Below, one piece after another: positions 44,720-54,429 of a stretch of 61,399 nt of DNA. Made by a program: the position numbers and the translations under genes. The stretch is from a virus. Taxonomy: Duplodnaviria; Heunggongvirae; Uroviricota; Caudoviricetes. Under the pieces are notes generated by a model. That model was given only the letters and a program-made list of their open reading frames with translations. It searched no databases and was not told where the DNA came from. The DNA lies in IMG/VR virus record IMGVR_UViG_3300035696_001272; one strand, written 5' to 3'. Every line of letters begins with the position of its first letter. Position 1 is the stretch's first letter.

Positions 44720-45283
44720 ATGATTCACGTAACTGGGCCAGGATATAAAACTCCTGCTGATGTAGTTGTTGTTAATACGACCTCCAGATCAGATAACTGG
44801 AGTAAATCACTGAGTCCATTTTTTCTGGGCCCGACCGATCTGTATGCTGGATACAAATCTGTCAATATAGAAAATGCCTGGCAGTTTTCTAAGGTTTATG
44901 AATACTATCTTGAAGAAGATGGTTCAGTCGGTGAGCGATATTTCAAATGGGCTCAAGATGGCTGGAATGATACCAGGGCCCATCGATATCCTATGGGAAA
45001 AGGAGCGGTTCCGCTCTATTCTTATTGGGATGGTGAAAAGCTCTCTTACATAGAAGCTCGCAAGAAAATCTATATTCCACTGTATTCCAAAGCTGTTCAG
45101 CAAACTTCTGCATTTGGAAAATTGAAAAAGATGCATGAAGAAGGCCAAGACCTTTACTTATGGGATTTCGATGGTTACGATCACAAGGCTATAAATTTGA
45201 CCTATGATCAAGTGATCAATGATCCTAATAAGAAAATGGGTCATGCCTTCGTGATTGCTATGCTGTTAGAGGGTCATCTATGA
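44720..45283 (+). CDS. hypothetical protein, DUF6939-like (paralog B)
   Basis: NTTS...SPF...NIENAWQFSKVY, WDFDGYDH. Confidence 0.7.
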   Translation: MIHVTGPGYKTPADVVVVNTTSRSDNWSKSLSPFFLGPTDLYAGYKSVNIENAWQFSKVYEYYLEEDGSVGERYFKWAQDGWNDTRAHRYPMGKGAVPLYSYWDGEKLSYIEARKKIYIPLYSKAVQQTSAFGKLKKMHEEGQDLYLWDFDGYDHKAINLTYDQVINDPNKKMGHAFVIAMLLEGHL

Positions 45284-45933
45284 AAACATACAATTTTGAT
45301 TCTAGAATTGTGGTTAGAGGAAAGTTTCATCCCTTCTTCACTACAGAACAAATCAAGAACGAACCAATGTTTTTCAACTGTGATTTGCAATTTTGCAGGA
45401 AACATGGCAATTTGATTACACAATCTTTTTTAGAATATTTGCCTGATGATTGGAAAAATTGCAATCCGGTTATAGATTCTAGAGTGCATATGCTAATGCC
45501 AGGCTGGTGTCCAGCAATTCCAGGATTTCATCACGATGATGTGCCGCGTTCTACTCCAACTGGTCAACCCAATTATGACAACCCTGAATATTACAGCGAG
45601 CATTTGACTGGAATTGTGAATGGAGAAATTGCTCCGACTTTGTTTGCGTTGGGCAAACACACTCTTCCTCAAGTTGATGGCATAATCTACAGAGTTTGGC
45701 ACCCGATGGTAGAAGAACAGATTAGGGATGGAATTTTGAAACCTTTTGTGCTTGAATCTGGAGAGTATGTTCAGTTTGATTGGCAAAGCATGCACACAGC
45801 ACAAAAAGCCAATAGCAGTGGCTGGCGTTGGTTTATCAGACTATCTCGAAAAACAGACCGCCAAAATCATGTGACGAATGAGATTAGACGGCAAGTTCAA
45901 GTGTATTTAGAAAATCCAACAGATGGATGGTAA
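45280..45933 (+). CDS. 2OG-Fe(II) dioxygenase-like protein
   Basis: GFHHDD (HxD), distal MH, RWFIR. Confidence 0.65.
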   Translation: MKTYNFDSRIVVRGKFHPFFTTEQIKNEPMFFNCDLQFCRKHGNLITQSFLEYLPDDWKNCNPVIDSRVHMLMPGWCPAIPGFHHDDVPRSTPTGQPNYDNPEYYSEHLTGIVNGEIAPTLFALGKHTLPQVDGIIYRVWHPMVEEQIRDGILKPFVLESGEYVQFDWQSMHTAQKANSSGWRWFIRLSRKTDRQNHVTNEIRRQVQVYLENPTDGW

Positions 45934-45934
45934 A

Positions 45935-46150
45935 ATGAAAGTCATAGCGAATTCTCAATCTGCCGAATGTTTAGTCAAATATCTTTCCATTTGTAATGAG
46001 CCACTTAAATCCCAACTTATTGTTGAAACCGGTTATATTTCCAAAATCGGAATGGATGAAAGCGCCTGGGAAGCTTTATCAGAATTGTGGCAAAAAGTAA
46101 TTTGGGCTAGAACTCAAGGATTTATTGACGGTTGGGAAATGTCGAAATGA
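45935..46150 (+). CDS. hypothetical protein
   Basis: 71 aa in operon. Confidence 0.55.
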   Translation: MKVIANSQSAECLVKYLSICNEPLKSQLIVETGYISKIGMDESAWEALSELWQKVIWARTQGFIDGWEMSK

Positions 46151-46431
46151 TAACTATTGAAGAAGAAATAGAACACGTGATCCAGTTTTTGTCTCATCCT
46201 TGCGGATTTGAGGTGAGCTTATATGCTGTATTATCGATGAGGCCCATAAGTGAGGACATTAATCCTTCCAATTGGGAAGTGACTTGGATAGAAGTTTTAG
46301 ATGGTCTCGAAATTGAGTCTTACAAAGAATTTTCCTCTTTACAAGAAGCCGCTCAATTCTTTGTAGAAAAACGTCGTTACATGCTTTTGGGCGCAGATTT
46401 TGAAAACATAAAGGATAATATTGATGAGTAA
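46147..46431 (+). CDS. hypothetical protein
   Basis: ATGA coupling. Confidence 0.6.
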   Translation: MITIEEEIEHVIQFLSHPCGFEVSLYAVLSMRPISEDINPSNWEVTWIEVLDGLEIESYKEFSSLQEAAQFFVEKRRYMLLGADFENIKDNIDE

Positions 46432-47347
46432 CGTATTACTTGGAACAGCGGTTGCAGATGCTCTTGGTGTCCCCTTTGAAACTAAGTTGGCCAATTATGA
46501 ACCATTAGTTGCTTGGGATGGCAAAAGCTTTTTGGGTAGCGAGCATCACAAACTCCAACCCGGTCAATACTCTGATGATACTCAGATGAGTTTGATGGTT
46601 GCAGAATCATTGCTTGAAAAACGCGGATTCGATCCAGAAGACTTATCTAAGCGCTATGTGGATTGGATGGTCTCAGGCCGTGCTAGAGGTTATGGCAAGA
46701 CCACTTTGATGGCCGTACAGAATCTGATTCAGGGAAAGCATTGGAGTGAATCTGGTGTTCCTGGTTCCTACGGAAACGGGACGGCTATGCGTGCCGCTCC
46801 ATTTGGCGTCTATTTCCGCAACGATTTGCCGACGCTAATCAAGATTTGCAAAATTGATAGTGCTATCACCCACGCCTCTGAAGAGGCTGAAGCTGGCTCC
46901 ATCGCTATTGCCTTGGCAGCTGCTTATGCTGTCAATAACGATACGGATGATTTGCTGGAAAAGATCTGGCAAGCTCTACCATATAGCAAAGTGAGAAGCA
47001 CCATTTTCAATTTAGACTCTTTGGTTGACTCTCCATTCATCACGGCCGAACAAGCCCTGCGAGTAATTGGGACTAAGGGAGATGTGAGGCAGACTGCGCC
47101 AGCAGCGCTATATTGCTTTCTCAAGTTCGATAATTACCACGAAGCAGTGATAGCATCTATTAAGGCTGGTGGCGACACAGATACTACAGCGGCTATTGTT
47201 GGGGCGCTATTTGGTGCCCAATTAGGAATACGAGGGATTGATCCTACTCTAGCTCAAGTAGTAGAGGACTCTGATCGGTTGATCAAGTTAGACAGTCAAC
47301 TTTACAATAGATCTACCGGCTCTTTCTTAAAAGAAGGTGTATCATGA
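46424..47347 (+). CDS. ADP-ribosylglycohydrolase (second copy)
   Basis: ADALG, YSDDT, GNGTAMR, GGDTDTTAAIVGA. Confidence 0.95.
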   Translation: MSNVLLGTAVADALGVPFETKLANYEPLVAWDGKSFLGSEHHKLQPGQYSDDTQMSLMVAESLLEKRGFDPEDLSKRYVDWMVSGRARGYGKTTLMAVQNLIQGKHWSESGVPGSYGNGTAMRAAPFGVYFRNDLPTLIKICKIDSAITHASEEAEAGSIAIALAAAYAVNNDTDDLLEKIWQALPYSKVRSTIFNLDSLVDSPFITAEQALRVIGTKGDVRQTAPAALYCFLKFDNYHEAVIASIKAGGDTDTTAAIVGALFGAQLGIRGIDPTLAQVVEDSDRLIKLDSQLYNRSTGSFLKEGVS

Positions 47348-47637
47348 GTCAGGGTAGAAAAGTTGAAGATACTGATCTCGTAATCAAGTTTCCTAGCAAA
47401 GAATCCGCTGAGCATTTTGCATTATGGTTATGTGAGTCTGGTGAACAGCAGTATTGGGATTGGATGGAAACTGCTGAAGAAGACTGGCCGGGAGATATTA
47501 CTGCTACCAGTTTCCATTATCATGGTGAAGAGGATGAAACCAAAGAACTGACTGATCCTGCTCGCTATAAAGAATTTATGTGCGATAATACGATCAGAAC
47601 TACAATGGGGCGTTTGAGTAATGAACAAGAAGGTTAG
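47344..47637 (+). CDS. hypothetical protein
   Basis: 97 aa, WLCESGEQQYWDWM. Confidence 0.7.
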   Translation: MSQGRKVEDTDLVIKFPSKESAEHFALWLCESGEQQYWDWMETAEEDWPGDITATSFHYHGEEDETKELTDPARYKEFMCDNTIRTTMGRLSNEQEG

Positions 47638-49111
47638 TAAGTTTCCGCCCAAGAAACCAAATAATTCTCATATTCGCATTGCACAGCCTAAGAGAAACTG
47701 GTCAAGTTACCAGAAGGATATCTTCCGAGATATTGCCAAAGGTATTGGCCACACAGTCGTAATTGCACGAGCTGGTAGTGGAAAAACCTCGACTATCGTG
47801 GAGGGATTCAAATATCTTCCCAAGGGCAAAAAGACTTTAATGGTGGCTTTTAATAAGGCCATTGCAGAAGAACTCAAACAACGCGCTCCGTCCTATGTTG
47901 ACGTGATGACTCTTCATTCTTTGGGTTTTCGTGCCATCAAGCAGAGCTTTGGTGAAGTTGTTTTAGAAAATGACAAGGCCCATCACCTCATCGCTACTCT
48001 TATTGGTGACGACAGAGATATGTGGGAAGTTAACCAAAGTATTGCTAAATGTGTTTCTTTATGCAAGGGATTTTTGGTTGATACTCCAGCCAAGATTGGT
48101 GACTTGATAGATAGATTTGGTATTGAGATATTTGACTATTCTCGTGACAAATTTATTGAATTGGTTATTAAGACTTTGGGGCTTTGCAAAAATACCAAGA
48201 AGGTTGTCGATTTTGACGACATGATTTGGTTCCCATTCGTCTATCGTTTGAATGTCGGAAAATTCGATGTAGTCTTTGTGGATGAGGCTCAAGACCTGAA
48301 TCAAGCTCAAATTGCTATGGTTCTTTCGGCTTGCAAGATAGATGGCAGAATTATTGCAGTAGGTGATCCGGCTCAGAGCATTTATCAGTTCCGTGGAGCT
48401 GATAGTGAGGCAATTCCGAACTTTGTCCATAAATTGAGTGCCAAGACGCTGCCTTTGTCGGTGACTTATCGTTGCCCCAAGAAGGTTGTGGAACTAGCTC
48501 AGGAAATTGTACCTGACATCGTAGCGGCCGAGGACGCCAAGGACGGGACAGTGGAGGATGTACCCGTGGAACAAATTCTTAAATTAGTTAAAGCGGGGGA
48601 TTTCGTCCTTTCTAGGACTAACGCCCCTTTGGTTAAATACTGTATGGCATTGCTTCGTGCAGGTATCCCAGCCAATATTCAAGGACGTGATGTTGGCTCT
48701 AATCTACTCTATTTTATCAAAAAGTCTAAAGCTAAAACCATTAATGCTTTCATTGATTATGTAAATTCCTGGAGAGAAATAGAGGTTAAAAGACTTCTTT
48801 CTGAAAAGAAAGATACAATGGTAGCTATCGATAAATCGGAATGTTTATTGAACCTCTGTGAAGGTACTTTAACCATTAAAGACCTAAAAGAGACAATAGA
48901 GAAACTATTTAACGATGTTGATGATTCTTCTAAAGTTATTTTTTCAACAACGCATAAGGCCAAAGGTCTGGAACGCAATCGTGTCTTTATTCTCACGAAC
49001 ACCTACCGATACGGACCAGGAGTCGAAGGAGAAGAAGCCAACCTCTGGTATGTTGCCGTAACTCGTAGTAAATCAGAGCTATATTTAGTTAGAAGAAACT
49101 TGCAGCAATAA
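47621..49111 (+). CDS. UvrD/Rep-like SF1 helicase
   Basis: ARAGSGKT, VDEAQD, VGDPAQSIYQFRGA, YRCP, THKAKGLE, YVAVTR. Confidence 0.93.
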   Translation: MNKKVSKFPPKKPNNSHIRIAQPKRNWSSYQKDIFRDIAKGIGHTVVIARAGSGKTSTIVEGFKYLPKGKKTLMVAFNKAIAEELKQRAPSYVDVMTLHSLGFRAIKQSFGEVVLENDKAHHLIATLIGDDRDMWEVNQSIAKCVSLCKGFLVDTPAKIGDLIDRFGIEIFDYSRDKFIELVIKTLGLCKNTKKVVDFDDMIWFPFVYRLNVGKFDVVFVDEAQDLNQAQIAMVLSACKIDGRIIAVGDPAQSIYQFRGADSEAIPNFVHKLSAKTLPLSVTYRCPKKVVELAQEIVPDIVAAEDAKDGTVEDVPVEQILKLVKAGDFVLSRTNAPLVKYCMALLRAGIPANIQGRDVGSNLLYFIKKSKAKTINAFIDYVNSWREIEVKRLLSEKKDTMVAIDKSECLLNLCEGTLTIKDLKETIEKLFNDVDDSSKVIFSTTHKAKGLERNRVFILTNTYRYGPGVEGEEANLWYVAVTRSKSELYLVRRNLQQ

Positions 49112-49128
49112 TTTTGCATTTAGTGGAG

Positions 49129-50379
49129 ATGCTCCGCTTTAAAATGCTGGCTAGAGACATAAACTCTAACCCTACACAATATCGAACTTGGGTAGTTCCA
49201 AACACACCAGATTTCACTGGCCAATTCTACACTGGCTACAAATCCGGCGCAAATGCCTTTGTAGACGTTGTGGCTTATGCTATTAACGACGATAGTGTTA
49301 TAGCCGATTTTGACCTTCCAACACCTAGTATGTGGAATCCTGTTCCTGGAGATTACACTAAAGATTATCCAATCCAGAAGAACCTGCCATTTCCAATAGA
49401 AGACTCCCAACTAGCCATCATTGATGGTTATGGCTACATGTTTGGTGGCAAGGTCACCAACAAGATATTTAAGGCAGAACTCAATAATCCAGCCGACTGG
49501 TTCGATACTGGAGCCGTTTTACCAACACCATTGTATGGTAGTTCTTTTGCCGTTGTTGACGGCTACATGTATTTATTTGGCGGGCATGACGGCTATGATG
49601 GTTATGATGGCTATTCCTCATTTGGCAGTTCTATCTTTTCAGCTCCAGTCAGCAATCCATTAAATTGGACTGACACTGGCGCCACTTTGCCAATCAAACT
49701 AGCTTATTCTAGTTTGGGCATGTATGATGGATACCTCTATTTGTTTGGTGGTCAACAAGGCAGTGGAGGTGGCGCCACCAATGTCATACTAACTGCTTCA
49801 GCGTCTAATCCATTGGTTTGGACTAATACGGGCCAGACAATTCCAAGTCCAGTTTATGGTTCTGTTTTGGCGCAAGTAGATGGTTATTGGATGTTGTACG
49901 GTGGACTGTTAAATCCAAATACACCAACTCAACAAATCTGGGATGCGCCAGTTACTTCACCAACATCGTGGATGTTAGATGGTTACTTACCATATCCAAC
50001 AGCTCACGGTCAGTTCATTACGATGGGCAATGATGGCTACCTGATTGCACCAGTTGTAGGTGCAGCGCCCACAGGATTCACTCCTATACTACAATGTCAT
50101 CTGGGCCAACCAAGCATGTTCATGGACACTCAACAAGTAGTACGTGGTGTTATTTCTCACTCTCAGGTTGCTATTATCTATGATAGAGTTTGGTTCTTCG
50201 GAGGCAGCGGTTCGACCTCCATGTTTGCATGCAATCAAATATTGAAGTATCCTTTGAATAGTCCAGTGGTTCAAGCTTATGGACAAATAACTCGTGTACT
50301 ATTACCGGCAACTGATAATTTAGATAATCCATACCAAGCACTATGTTTTCCTTATTGGAAGACAGATTACGTCTTGTAA
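49129..50379 (+). CDS. Kelch-like beta-propeller protein (start uncertain)
   Basis: Repeated DGY.Y.FGG...W..TG..LP blades. Confidence 0.8.
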   Translation: MLRFKMLARDINSNPTQYRTWVVPNTPDFTGQFYTGYKSGANAFVDVVAYAINDDSVIADFDLPTPSMWNPVPGDYTKDYPIQKNLPFPIEDSQLAIIDGYGYMFGGKVTNKIFKAELNNPADWFDTGAVLPTPLYGSSFAVVDGYMYLFGGHDGYDGYDGYSSFGSSIFSAPVSNPLNWTDTGATLPIKLAYSSLGMYDGYLYLFGGQQGSGGGATNVILTASASNPLVWTNTGQTIPSPVYGSVLAQVDGYWMLYGGLLNPNTPTQQIWDAPVTSPTSWMLDGYLPYPTAHGQFITMGNDGYLIAPVVGAAPTGFTPILQCHLGQPSMFMDTQQVVRGVISHSQVAIIYDRVWFFGGSGSTSMFACNQILKYPLNSPVVQAYGQITRVLLPATDNLDNPYQALCFPYWKTDYVL

Positions 50380-50398
50380 TTTTACAAATACGGCAGAC

Positions 50399-50426
50399 TT
50401 GACTTTCTGCCCACAATGATTAGGCT
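50399..50426 (+). promoter_or_regulatory. sigma70-like promoter
   Basis: TTGACT-N16-TAGGCT; ATG 50433 lies at the expected start site. Confidence 0.6.
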
Positions 50427-50432
50427 TTTAAT

Positions 50433-50945
50433 ATGAGAGACCACGAAATGAAAGAGGCGGCTGAAGCCCGTGCCTCCCAAGAAGACCCTATTGTAATGTA
50501 CCTGATTGTTCATGAATCGCTGAACATGAGTATAGGTAAAACGGCTGCACAATGTGCCCACGCATCTTCGATGTTGATGATAGAGTACTTTGATTTAAAA
50601 ACCGATTCTTCCAAACTTCATAAAAAAATTGTGTCTGATGTTTCTTATCAATGCGAAGAAGGAGTATATCCAGAGTGCGATCTTGATAAGAAAAATTACG
50701 CAGAAATGTCTCGCAAACTTTCCATTTATGGTGAGTGGATGAAATCTTCTTTCCGTAAAGTTGTGCTTCGAGCCTCTGACAAAGAGTGGGAAAGGCTCAA
50801 GGAAGAATTCAAAGATTCATCTTTAATAGTGAGAGACGCGGGTTTGACAGAAGTTGCACAAGGCAGCGAGACGGTTATAGGTCTTTGGCCAATGCGCAAA
50901 AGCCAAGTTTCCAAAACTGTCAGGCGTTTGCAAGTTCTCAAATAA
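50433..50945 (+). CDS. peptidyl-tRNA hydrolase, Pth2 type
   Basis: LNMSIGKTAAQCAHA, RKVVLR, VRDAGLTEV...T.IGLWP. Confidence 0.88.
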   Translation: MRDHEMKEAAEARASQEDPIVMYLIVHESLNMSIGKTAAQCAHASSMLMIEYFDLKTDSSKLHKKIVSDVSYQCEEGVYPECDLDKKNYAEMSRKLSIYGEWMKSSFRKVVLRASDKEWERLKEEFKDSSLIVRDAGLTEVAQGSETVIGLWPMRKSQVSKTVRRLQVLK

Positions 50946-50954
50946 TCTGAAATT

Positions 50955-51326
50955 ATGATTGTAGTCAGAAAGACCAAAAATCGAGGGCTAGGAGTCTTCG
51001 CCACCCAAACAATTAACAAGGGTACTCTTATCGAATGTTGCCGCGTTATTGTTGTACCTCGCACCGAAATCATCATAAATGGTACTGCCTCTGTTATGAG
51101 GCACTACGTTGTTGAGTGGGAAAGCAAAATTGCTGTTCCAACTGGATTTGGTTGTTTCTACAATCACTCTTACTCACCAAATGCTATTCACATCAAGCAC
51201 ATTAATTTATCGGAAATGCATTTTCACGCACTGAAAGACATTTTACCGAATGAAGAAATCACCATCAATTATGGTGGGGTTCCAAGCTATACGGACCCTT
51301 TATGGTTTGAGGTAAAGGATTCATGA
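50955..51326 (+). CDS. SET-domain methyltransferase
   Basis: GLGVFA, FYNHSYSPN, EEITINY. Confidence 0.9.
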   Translation: MIVVRKTKNRGLGVFATQTINKGTLIECCRVIVVPRTEIIINGTASVMRHYVVEWESKIAVPTGFGCFYNHSYSPNAIHIKHINLSEMHFHALKDILPNEEITINYGGVPSYTDPLWFEVKDS

Positions 51327-51973
51327 GTAAGCCATTTAAGATCAAAGAAATCAAGCCAAGAATATTTTTGTTTGAATTCAAAAGTCACTATGATATGTGC
51401 ATGTATTTCTTGCGCTATCAAGAATTTTATGAAAGTCCATCTCCAAAATTCAGAAATAAAAGTTTCACCATCTTTGAATTCATGAGATGGTATTCTTTAA
51501 AGTACGGCAAGGGTTCTTTTACCTACCCTTACGATTGGGATGGGTTCAATATTCCAGGCGAAATCATTGGCAAAGTTTGGGATCTTGGAATTGAAGACAA
51601 GAACTTTTATGACGTTGAAATGCATGAGGCTTGGCAGGAATGTAAAGCCAAAGCCGATGGAAAGAAGTTCTATATTATTGGCGTGGTTCGTGGCAATAAG
51701 GCCCTCAGTCACGAAATTGCCCACGGCCTCTTCTATTTACATTCTGAGTACAAAAAAGAAATGACTCGTCTAGTTAAGGATATGGATCCGATAATTAGGC
51801 ACACAGTCAACGTAAACTTGAAGAGGTTAGGATATACTCCAAAGGTTTATATTGACGAGGCTCAAGCTTACATGGCAACTGGTCTCTCGGAATCTTTTGG
51901 CCAAGACAAATGGGCTGAACATCGCAAACCTTTCAAAGAATTTTTCAAAGCCTTTTCGAGGAAAGTAAAATGA
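51323..51973 (+). CDS. hypothetical protein with HExxH
   Basis: LSHEIAHG. Confidence 0.75.
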   Translation: MSKPFKIKEIKPRIFLFEFKSHYDMCMYFLRYQEFYESPSPKFRNKSFTIFEFMRWYSLKYGKGSFTYPYDWDGFNIPGEIIGKVWDLGIEDKNFYDVEMHEAWQECKAKADGKKFYIIGVVRGNKALSHEIAHGLFYLHSEYKKEMTRLVKDMDPIIRHTVNVNLKRLGYTPKVYIDEAQAYMATGLSESFGQDKWAEHRKPFKEFFKAFSRKVK

Positions 51974-52284
51974 CAAAGACACAAAAATTACAACAGAAAA
52001 TGCAAGATATGGAAGCCAAAGAAAAGCGGCTCTTTAATGTTTTAGGGGAGGATCAGGCCCTTACTTACCTAATTTCTGAGGCGGAAAGAGATATCAAAAA
52101 TCTCGATAAAGAAATTCAAGATGAAACAAATTTTGCTAATGAGAACAGGACTGGCGCTTATCAATCAGCTGGGCAAGAGGCTCGCAGAACGGCTAAGCAT
52201 CTGAAGAAAGACAGGCTGCCGCTTGTCAAAATATTGAAGCTTCTCAAACAAGTAGAAGCGATGAGGAAAAAGTTTAGAGGATAA
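51970..52284 (+). CDS. hypothetical coiled-coil protein
   Basis: 104 aa, ATGA coupling. Confidence 0.65.
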   Translation: MTKTQKLQQKMQDMEAKEKRLFNVLGEDQALTYLISEAERDIKNLDKEIQDETNFANENRTGAYQSAGQEARRTAKHLKKDRLPLVKILKLLKQVEAMRKKFRG

Positions 52285-52288
52285 TCAA

Positions 52289-53086
52289 ATGAGCAACGAT
52301 AGTTTGGGCGATAGAATGAAGTCTTATGAGGATTCTTATAGGACTCACCTCCCTATTAGAATGCCAGTTATCCTTCGTGTTGATGGCAAAGCTTTTCACA
52401 CCTACACCAAGAACAAGAAAATCGATGGCAGTTCAATTGGATTTCCAGTTGATGAAGGTTTGGTAAAGTGTATGAACGAAACCGCTATAGCCCTATGTGA
52501 AGAAGTTCAGGGCTGTCAGATTGCTTATGTTCAATCAGATGAGATTTCCTTGCTATTGAATGATTACAAGGAGCTTGCAACTCAACCATGGTTTGATAAC
52601 AATCTTCAGAAAATGGTCAGCATTTCTGCCGCTATAGCTTCAGTTACTTTTACTGATCGTTCTTGGCAAATTTGGGGAATCGATTATTCTGAGGAACTTC
52701 CTCAGTATTTCACTGTTCCGGCCTTCTTCGATGCCCGAGCTTTTATTCTCCCTAAAGAGGAAGTGGTTAATTACTTTCTATGGCGTCAACAAGATGCCAC
52801 TCGAAATTCAGTACAAATGTTAGCTCGTTCATTATATTCCCACAAAGAATGCACTGACAAGAATAATGCCGAGCTTCAGGAAATGTGTTTCCAAAAGGGT
52901 GTCAATTGGAATAATTGTCCAACCTCTCAAAAACGAGGTCGTTGCATTGTAAAAACTAAAACTATGAAAAAGGGACGCAATCCCAAGACTGGTGAAGTTT
53001 TTACAGCGGAGCGAAATGAGTGGGTGGTAGACAACGAAATTCCAATTTTCTCACAAGACAGGCAATACATTGAACAACTTATCTAA
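52289..53086 (+). CDS. tRNA(His) guanylyltransferase Thg1-like protein
   Basis: RVDGKAFH, YVQSDEISL, FDAR, WRQQDATRNS. Confidence 0.92.
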   Translation: MSNDSLGDRMKSYEDSYRTHLPIRMPVILRVDGKAFHTYTKNKKIDGSSIGFPVDEGLVKCMNETAIALCEEVQGCQIAYVQSDEISLLLNDYKELATQPWFDNNLQKMVSISAAIASVTFTDRSWQIWGIDYSEELPQYFTVPAFFDARAFILPKEEVVNYFLWRQQDATRNSVQMLARSLYSHKECTDKNNAELQEMCFQKGVNWNNCPTSQKRGRCIVKTKTMKKGRNPKTGEVFTAERNEWVVDNEIPIFSQDRQYIEQLI

Positions 53087-53381
53087 GAGTCAGATTAGAC
53101 GAGAGAGAAAACAAAGGCGCAGTAAACAGCGAAATCTTAATAGACAACTTAAGAAAAAGCTATTTGGACATTTGCATATTGCGCCCTGTTATTATTGCAG
53201 GTTAATTTTTCTGATAGATGAATTAACTATAGAGCACATAATTCCACTATGTTTAGGTGGAACCAATGAGCACTCCAATATAGCACTAGCTTGTCAGCCG
53301 TGTAATAATGCACGTGGCAAAGAAGCCTGGTTCCAAAAACAAGAAATCAATAAGAAGAATTATGAACAATATCACGCCTAA
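53070..53381 (+). CDS. HNH endonuclease
   Basis: CYYC...TIEHIIP...GGTN...NIALACQPCN. Confidence 0.85.
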   Translation: MNNLSKSQIRRERKQRRSKQRNLNRQLKKKLFGHLHIAPCYYCRLIFLIDELTIEHIIPLCLGGTNEHSNIALACQPCNNARGKEAWFQKQEINKKNYEQYHA

Positions 53382-54429
53382 TGTCATATCTAAAATTGGC
53401 AAAGAGCTATACAAGAACAATGCGCACCCTTTGTGTATTGTCAAAGAAAGAGTTTTCGACTATTTCGATGATTTGGCCAGGATCGAGATCGAAAGTCCCT
53501 ACGTTCCTATCGAGTATAATTTCGATAGGCTACGTGTACCTCAAGACCATCCTTCTAGACGTCCCACAGACACATACTACAAAGATGAAAAGACTTGTTT
53601 GCGCACTCATATGACTTGTTATCTATACCCTCTTGGTAAGTCTGAAACGGGCCAAAGTAAGCTCAAGTATATTACCTGTGGTGACGTCTATAGGAAAGAC
53701 GCTATCGATGCGACTCACTATCCTGTTTTCCATCAAATGGACGCCTTCTGTATTGTGAGAGATGAAGTAGATGTTAAGAAAGATCTAAGAAATAGGCTAG
53801 CTGGGCTGGTAAAATATCTGTTCGGTGACAAAGTAGAATACAAATTCTTAGAAGACTCTGAACACAAGGACATTTATTTTCCATTCACTGTAGATTCCCT
53901 AGAAGTAGTTGTTAAGTTCAAGCCAGAAGATGGTGAGGAAAAAGAGTTAGAAATCCTGGGTGCGGGCACCGTCCATCCAGATATAATGAAAGATTTGGGG
54001 CTTCCTAACAAAAAGGCTTGGGCTTTTGGTTTAGGAGTAGAAAGATTGGCTATGGTTCTATTCGATATTCCAGACATTAGATTGTTTTGGAGTACGGATG
54101 ATCGTTTCTTAAGTCAATTCCAACCGGGCAAGATTACCAAGTTCGTACCATATTCGAAGTATGCGCCCTGTTACAAGGATATTTCATTCTTTACTAGTGA
54201 TAAGTTCTCGTATAACGATATGTGCTCTATCGTCAGGGACGAAGATAAGCTCAACTTTGTTGAGTCCATCACCCTGATTGATGAGTTCAAAAACAAAGGA
54301 CGCACATCACAGTGCTACAGAATCATGTATCGCTCGATGGACAGCACTTTGAAAAATTCCGAAATTAACAAAATACAAAAATCTATTCGTGAAAGATTGA
54401 AAAAAGAATTAGAAGTTGAGATTAGATAA
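53362..54429 (+). CDS. monomeric mitochondrial-type phenylalanyl-tRNA synthetase
   Basis: NFDRL..PQDHPSR, LRTHMT, YRKDAIDATHYPVFHQ, FPFT, GLGVERLAM, then FDX-ACB domain (YKDISF...YRSMDSTL). Confidence 0.9.
   Translation: MNNITPNVISKIGKELYKNNAHPLCIVKERVFDYFDDLARIEIESPYVPIEYNFDRLRVPQDHPSRRPTDTYYKDEKTCLRTHMTCYLYPLGKSETGQSKLKYITCGDVYRKDAIDATHYPVFHQMDAFCIVRDEVDVKKDLRNRLAGLVKYLFGDKVEYKFLEDSEHKDIYFPFTVDSLEVVVKFKPEDGEEKELEILGAGTVHPDIMKDLGLPNKKAWAFGLGVERLAMVLFDIPDIRLFWSTDDRFLSQFQPGKITKFVPYSKYAPCYKDISFFTSDKFSYNDMCSIVRDEDKLNFVESITLIDEFKNKGRTSQCYRIMYRSMDSTLKNSEINKIQKSIRERLKKELEVEIR

Noticed and set aside
49585-49617. GAYGGNTAY tandem repeat
   Set aside because: Explained by the coding DGY-DGY-DGY loop of the propeller protein
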